DNA of 64,000 nt from Chrysomallon squamiferum (taxonomy: Eukaryota > Animalia > Mollusca), in NCBI GenBank assembly GCA_012295275.1, contig CM022677.1, positions 15,500,001 to 15,564,000 of the forward strand. Reading direction: 5' to 3'. A program made the position numbers and the translations under genes. The first letter of the stretch is position 1; every line of letters begins with the position of its first letter. Below the pieces are notes generated by a model. The model was not told where the DNA came from. It was given only the letters and a program-made list of their open reading frames with translations, and made no database searches. Below, piece after piece: positions 58,665 to 64,000 of this stretch.

Positions 58665-59383
58665 TAATAATAATAATAATAATAATAAACAAAAACAACA
58701 ACAACAACAACAACAATAATAACAAAATAACAAACAAACAAACAAATATAAAGACTTTTTTATTTTTTTATTTTGTAACGAATACTTACCATATTTTATC
58801 AGGTTTATGATTATTAAATATTTACAGGTCATAATATTTTGCTTAAAGCTTGTTATAGTTTTGTCTGGAAAAACAACTGATTATTGTGTACACTGCGGTG
58901 TTATGACTCCAGAGAAAACGGCAGCATTTAAATGTTTTTGTACCAGTATATCGTTATATTGCCATACTTTGTTATTTTATGAATGATGATAGGTTGCCCT
59001 AAACAGTGATATAATAATACAGATTTATATTTTGTTTTATTAACCTCACCACCTAGTATATTTAAAAACTAACATATACATTTTATTATATGAGATGTTA
59101 TTAGTATATTATCCTGTCGAAAGTAATGTTGATAAAATTTACAATCTTTAAATCAATTCAGTTGTCAACGATTCTTGATAAATAGGTAAATAATTAAAAT
59201 AATTAATAAATCAAAAAAATTAATAAATAAATTCACCTGCTATCTGGACAGCCTGATACATTATTTTGAAAATATTTTCACTGGTGGAGCTATCTGAGAA
59301 AAATCTCGGAAACATGTGTTGTTGGGTGCTCTGAAACTGTGGAGTGAAAGTACCACAGAATGACCCAAGCTTGACTGCAGATG
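57523..59383 (-). CDS. CUB-domain single-pass membrane protein with cytoplasmic PPxY motifs (3' exons only)
   Basis: Exon 59383-59237 SAVKLGSFCGTFTPQFQSTQQHMFPRFFSDSSTSENIFKIMYQAVQIA (CUB C-terminal half). Exon 58592-58347 has TM FIGLVTGCIFGSFAVVAAVATVTVLIV-RRR and APPPYPG. Exon 57851-57523 has LPPPYSE and the stop. All junctions phase 1 and open. Confidence 0.8.
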
Positions 59384-59537
59384 CTGAAATACAAATACTT
59401 AATGACAGTGAGTAAGTAAGACAGACAGAGAAAAATGACTTTGCTAATTGACTTTAGAAAGATGTAATGAGAAAATAAGTCAAAGAGAGCGAGGGATAAA
59501 CAGAAAATGACTGTGTGTGCGAGTGTGTGTGTGTGTA

Positions 59538-59627
<90 letters not shown>

Positions 59628-59835
59628 TTTTTTCAGAATGTAAATGGGTGGGGTTAAGCAGGGGGACAATGTTCAACTATTTTTTAGTTTCAGTTATTGT
59701 CTCATTTCTGTATTAAGAATTGTGTAACTCTGTGAAAATGAGGTGACTAAGAAAAAAAACAATGAAAATAAAATCATTCAGCTCATCTGCTACTTTTTTG
59801 CCAGGGGAAGGAGCGCTCACCCATTTTTATCTATC

Positions 59836-60333
59836 CCCCCCTGCCCTAGTCCCGTCAGACAGCTTGTGAAGTACAGAACCAAGTTGAAACTTTAAAGTTT
59901 CTTGTCAGCATGTTCCTCTGTGTGAGATCGTAGGATCGAATCACAGCGTTTTCTGGAGGTTCCATTTATCCTGTACGGATAATTAACGTAAGGAACATAA
60001 CTCTAATCTAAGCTTGTGAACACCTATCACTAAAGGCAGATAAGTCTAATCGATATAATTTTTACTTAGTGGAGTAAACTCCTCCCACTTCCTGTAACAC
60101 GTCAGGGCTTATGTCACGTTATATATATAAATAACATGGTTTTTCCACAACAATTTTTTTCGTTCATTTTATTAATTCCACAATCTTTCATAGATGAATC
60201 TGGGATAGGAAAGTACTGTTGTGGAACCTCTAACAATTCCGAGATTCGATCACAGAATGCTGACAAGAAACTTTAAAGTTTCAACTTGGTTTTTCACAGG
60301 CTGTCTGAGGGCAGGGGACTAGGGCAGGAGGGC
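59836..60333. mobile_element. Foldback/MITE-like element with GC-rich termini
   Basis: cctgccctagtccc...cagacagc.tgtgaa...aaccaagttgaaactttaaagtttcttgtcagcat (59836-59911) is reverse-complementary to 60257-60333. Confidence 0.75.
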
Positions 60334-60611
60334 ATACCTACGCACCTCACCCCCCCTGTCCTGACCCAAATTTGAATTATACTTAATATTTAATTCAGTA
60401 CAATTTTTTTTTTTTTCTTAAACTATTTTTTTTTTTTTTATCCTGCTGTTAGTTTTCTATTATGTGAATAATATTTTTATTAGAATTATTTTTTATCTTC
60501 GCTAAATAATTAAACAGCACATCCCATGCACGACACATATAATTGTGTTCATAATTTCTTTAGCACTTAACTAAACATATTAAATGAAACAGAAGTCTAA
60601 ATTGGAAAATA

Positions 60612-60645
<34 letters not shown>

Positions 60646-60766
60646 CAAAATCTGTTGTTGTTAATGTTGCTATCCATTATCATCGTTATATTCATTCCTA
60701 TTATTAATGGACAAAAGAGGTATTTCCCTTAACCAGACTAATCATTATTATTATTATTATTATTAT

Positions 60767-60804
<38 letters not shown>

Positions 60805-61391
60805 TCTCTATTTGTGCATTTTTAATTTATTTCATGTTTCTTTATTAAAAACTTAGTATTTCTTCATTCATGCTATTCAGAGTAAAATTAGATCAATAAT
60901 TAAACTTTGTTACGAAATTCCGTTTTGATACGTGAACATTTCTATGTTATTTATTATGATTAGAGAAAGAGAGATTTGGATTTCACTATGACTGTAAGAT
61001 TGTATGTTTTCATAAAAATTTCATTTCACTGTAAAACTGTAGTATAAAAATTTCAAATACATGTAAATACTGTTTTTCACTCTTTTCATACTGATACGTT
61101 ATTTAAATTTCACAAATATAATGATTTCTAGAGCGTGGCATGTAACATCAATTCAACTATTTGAAGGTTTAAGTTTGAATGTGTGTACTTGTGTCTGTGT
61201 GTTTCATCTATCTTTAATTTTTATTTGTTTTTATTTTTATTGTTGATATTATTGCTAACATTGTTATTATTGTTATGGTAGTACATAATTATTACTATTT
61301 TTATTATTGTTATTATTGCTAATATTGGTGTTATAGCTGTTGCTTTTGCTGTTGTTTAATTTTGCTTTAGGTAAAATTATTAATTTTGTTT

Positions 61392-61862
61392 TGAGAGAAG
61401 AAAGCGAGTTAGAGAAAGAGAGATAGAGAGGAAGACAGAGAAAAAGAGAGAAAGACAGAGAGACAAAGAATGAGAGATACAGAGACAGAGACACAGAGAG
61501 ACAGTGAGAAAGACAGACAGAACGAGGCAGAGAGAGAGAGAAAGAGAGAAACAGACAAAGAGAGAGACACATAGAGAGAAAGAGAGAGATAGAGAGAGGG
61601 AAAGAGAGACAGGGACAGAGAGAGGGAAAGAGAGATAGGGATAGAGAGAGGGAAAGAGAGATAGGGATAGAGAGAGATAGAAAGTGATAAAGACAGGGAG
61701 AGGATCAGAGAGAGAGAGACAGAAAGAGAGACAGAGACAGAAAGAGAGAGACAGACATAGGAAGAGTGACAGAGATAGACGGAGAGGGCGAAAGAGACAG
61801 AGAGAAAGAGAGAGACAGAAGACAGAGGGAGAAAAAGAGATAGAGAGACAGTGAGAAAGAGA
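61392..61862. repeat. Degenerate (AG)n purine tract
   Basis: ag/agac/agat mosaic. Confidence 0.9.
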
Positions 61863-63084
61863 CTAACCATTAACCAAATACTAACATTTAACAAATACAA
61901 ATCATTAACAAAATAGTAATCATTAACTAAACACTAACACTTAGTAAATACTATTAACAAAATACTAACCATTACTAACATCCCCTACGTGTACTGAACC
62001 TCACAGAGTTGTAGGTGTGGCAACATTTCCAAAGGGAATGGCTAATTAGTACATTAATATAATAACATTTAATTGGTTAGACAGATAGACAGACTGATTA
62101 TGATAGAAACAGATATACCTACTTAGCCAGAGATCGTTACTGAAGATAGATGAACAAATGGATACACAGGGTATTGCTACTTTTTTCTAATTTCGAATGC
62201 AGTGCCATTAATTTGAAACCCATTTCTATATACAGAAAGACAGACAGACCAACAGATGTGTATGTACTTAAGATTAAGTTATAACATATAAATATTTCCC
62301 TCTGGCTTTCTTATGCTCTGTCTCACCCTCGAAATGTTTTATTTTACCAGATATTATGTAATAATTAAGTATTATAGGTTCTGTGATTAATGTGCTCTTT
62401 AACAGAAAATATTATAGACACTTCTTTTCTTATAATATTTACCTTCTTATCAGCAGATCATAATTATTTAAATACACTCTTTCTATCTATTTATCTATAT
62501 TTATCGTTCTCTCTATTTATCTCATATATATAACAACATTCTCTCTCACACACAAACAACAGACTCAGTTTTTATGACAGTGTTGCAGGTGCATACTTTC
62601 ATGCCTCCTTATTTATCTTTCTAGTAATTATCTACCTTTCTTCTGTCTATCAATTTTCCTATCTTCTGTTTTCTACCATCTATCCACCATTTTCTTACAC
62701 ATTATGAGTGCCCCCCCCCACAGACAAACAGTTACTCATTCTTTCATATAGACATACATACTAATCATCTTCTAAACACACAAATACATTATCTTTCCTA
62801 TACATGTGTGTGTGAATTTATGTATGTATGCATACATTTATATATACACATACACAAACACACACACCCATTCCTTAACTCAAGTCTATGTCCGTCTATC
62901 TACAAATCAATCTAACAAACTAGTAGCATACCTACATATCAGTTTATCTCTCTAGCTTATGCGTCCGTTTTTCAATAACCATCTGTCAATCATCTGTCCA
63001 GCTCCCTGTATATCTGTCTAACCACATACTACTTCAAACCTCTATCTTTCTGTTTAACTAACTGTAGTTATATCTGTAAATATA

Positions 63085-63260
63085 ATATATCTGTATTTAT
63101 CTCTATATATCTGTCTATATAATCTATCTGTATTTATCTCTGTGTTTCTGTCTATATAATCTATCTGTATTTATCTCTGTATATCTGTCTATATAATCTA
63201 TCTGTATTTATCTCTATATATCTGTCTATATAATCTATCTGTATTTATCTCTGTATATAT
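63085..63260. repeat. 38-bp tandem repeat, ~4.5 units
   Basis: atctgtatttatctctatatatctgtctatataatct variants. Confidence 0.9.
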
Positions 63261-64000
63261 ACCTTTAAGTTATCAATTCATCATTAACTCAATCCAAACA
63301 CAGATCCAGTGTGTGTGTGTGTGTCAAATATACCCTCTCTCTGAACTCTAACTTAAACATTTTCTTACAAATATACATCTTCCTGTCCTCAAATCTACTG
63401 CCATCATATTTGCTTCATACCCATCTTTCTGCCTATCTATTTATCATTCGAAAGCTAGATATAAACCTGCTGACCTGCCTGTCTGTTTAGCTATCTTTAT
63501 ATATCTCTGTCTATCCTCCACCAAACTCGTAAATAAATTAATCCATCTACATTACAATCCATCAATAACTATCCATGAATGGCCTGTGCATCTTCCTGGC
63601 TATTTCCCTAAATAATTATAACTACTTTGCATAGCTATCTTTTTGTGTTACTCTCATTCACAATTCCCTAGCAGTTTATATCTGCCTATTTTTCTTTTAT
63701 CGTGTCAATCCACTGACATTAATAACCATCAATAACCTCAATCAGTCATTTAAACATCTCCTTGCCTAAATACCTACATATCCACCTTCAAATATCTCTA
63801 TATTTCTGTATGTTTCCACACAAATATACTCAATATATTCACACACTTCAAAAAACACAAGCAAATTTACCTTCCAATATACATTTGTATACTAGTCCCT
63901 GCTCCAACTTATGCATATCTACACCTGTATATGTGTATGTATGTATGTGTGTGTGTCTATATATATACATTCCTTATTGTACATTACCATCCATACTTGC

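Noticed and set aside
62000-62045. Candidate upstream micro-exon of the CUB-TM gene
   Set aside because: Weak splice sites and no CUB-like residues.

Overview
AT-rich, intron-containing animal genomic DNA, rich in microsatellites and with two 200-N assembly gaps. A mollusc-like invertebrate is my inference, not established. Most ORFs in the track are simple-repeat artefacts, so genes were rebuilt by hand from GT-AG exons. 1) 3.7-18.2 kb is a C-type lectin (CTL) cluster: one intact 4-exon secreted QPD/WND lectin (168 aa), a damaged near-identical duplicate lacking the QPD motif and its exon-3 acceptor, a divergent internally deleted paralog, an inverted 3' remnant, and two extra tandem copies of the terminal exon joined through (CT)n tracts. 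Minisatellites made of AP-1 and E-box motifs differ in copy number between the duplicates. 2) 19-45 kb holds decayed exons, including an inverted pair of paralogous pseudogenes (one with kinase-like motifs), and a dead L1/Tx1 LINE. 3) 54.6-56.3 kb is a duplicated small spliced unit encoding PM[DE]VD repeats; its downstream exon is antisense to its coding exon, giving a hairpin-RNA-like layout. 4) 57.5-59.4 kb is the 3' part of a CUB-TM-PPxY membrane protein gene. Several foldback/MITE-like elements and a tRNA-derived SINE are also present. No prokaryotic features or CRISPR arrays.
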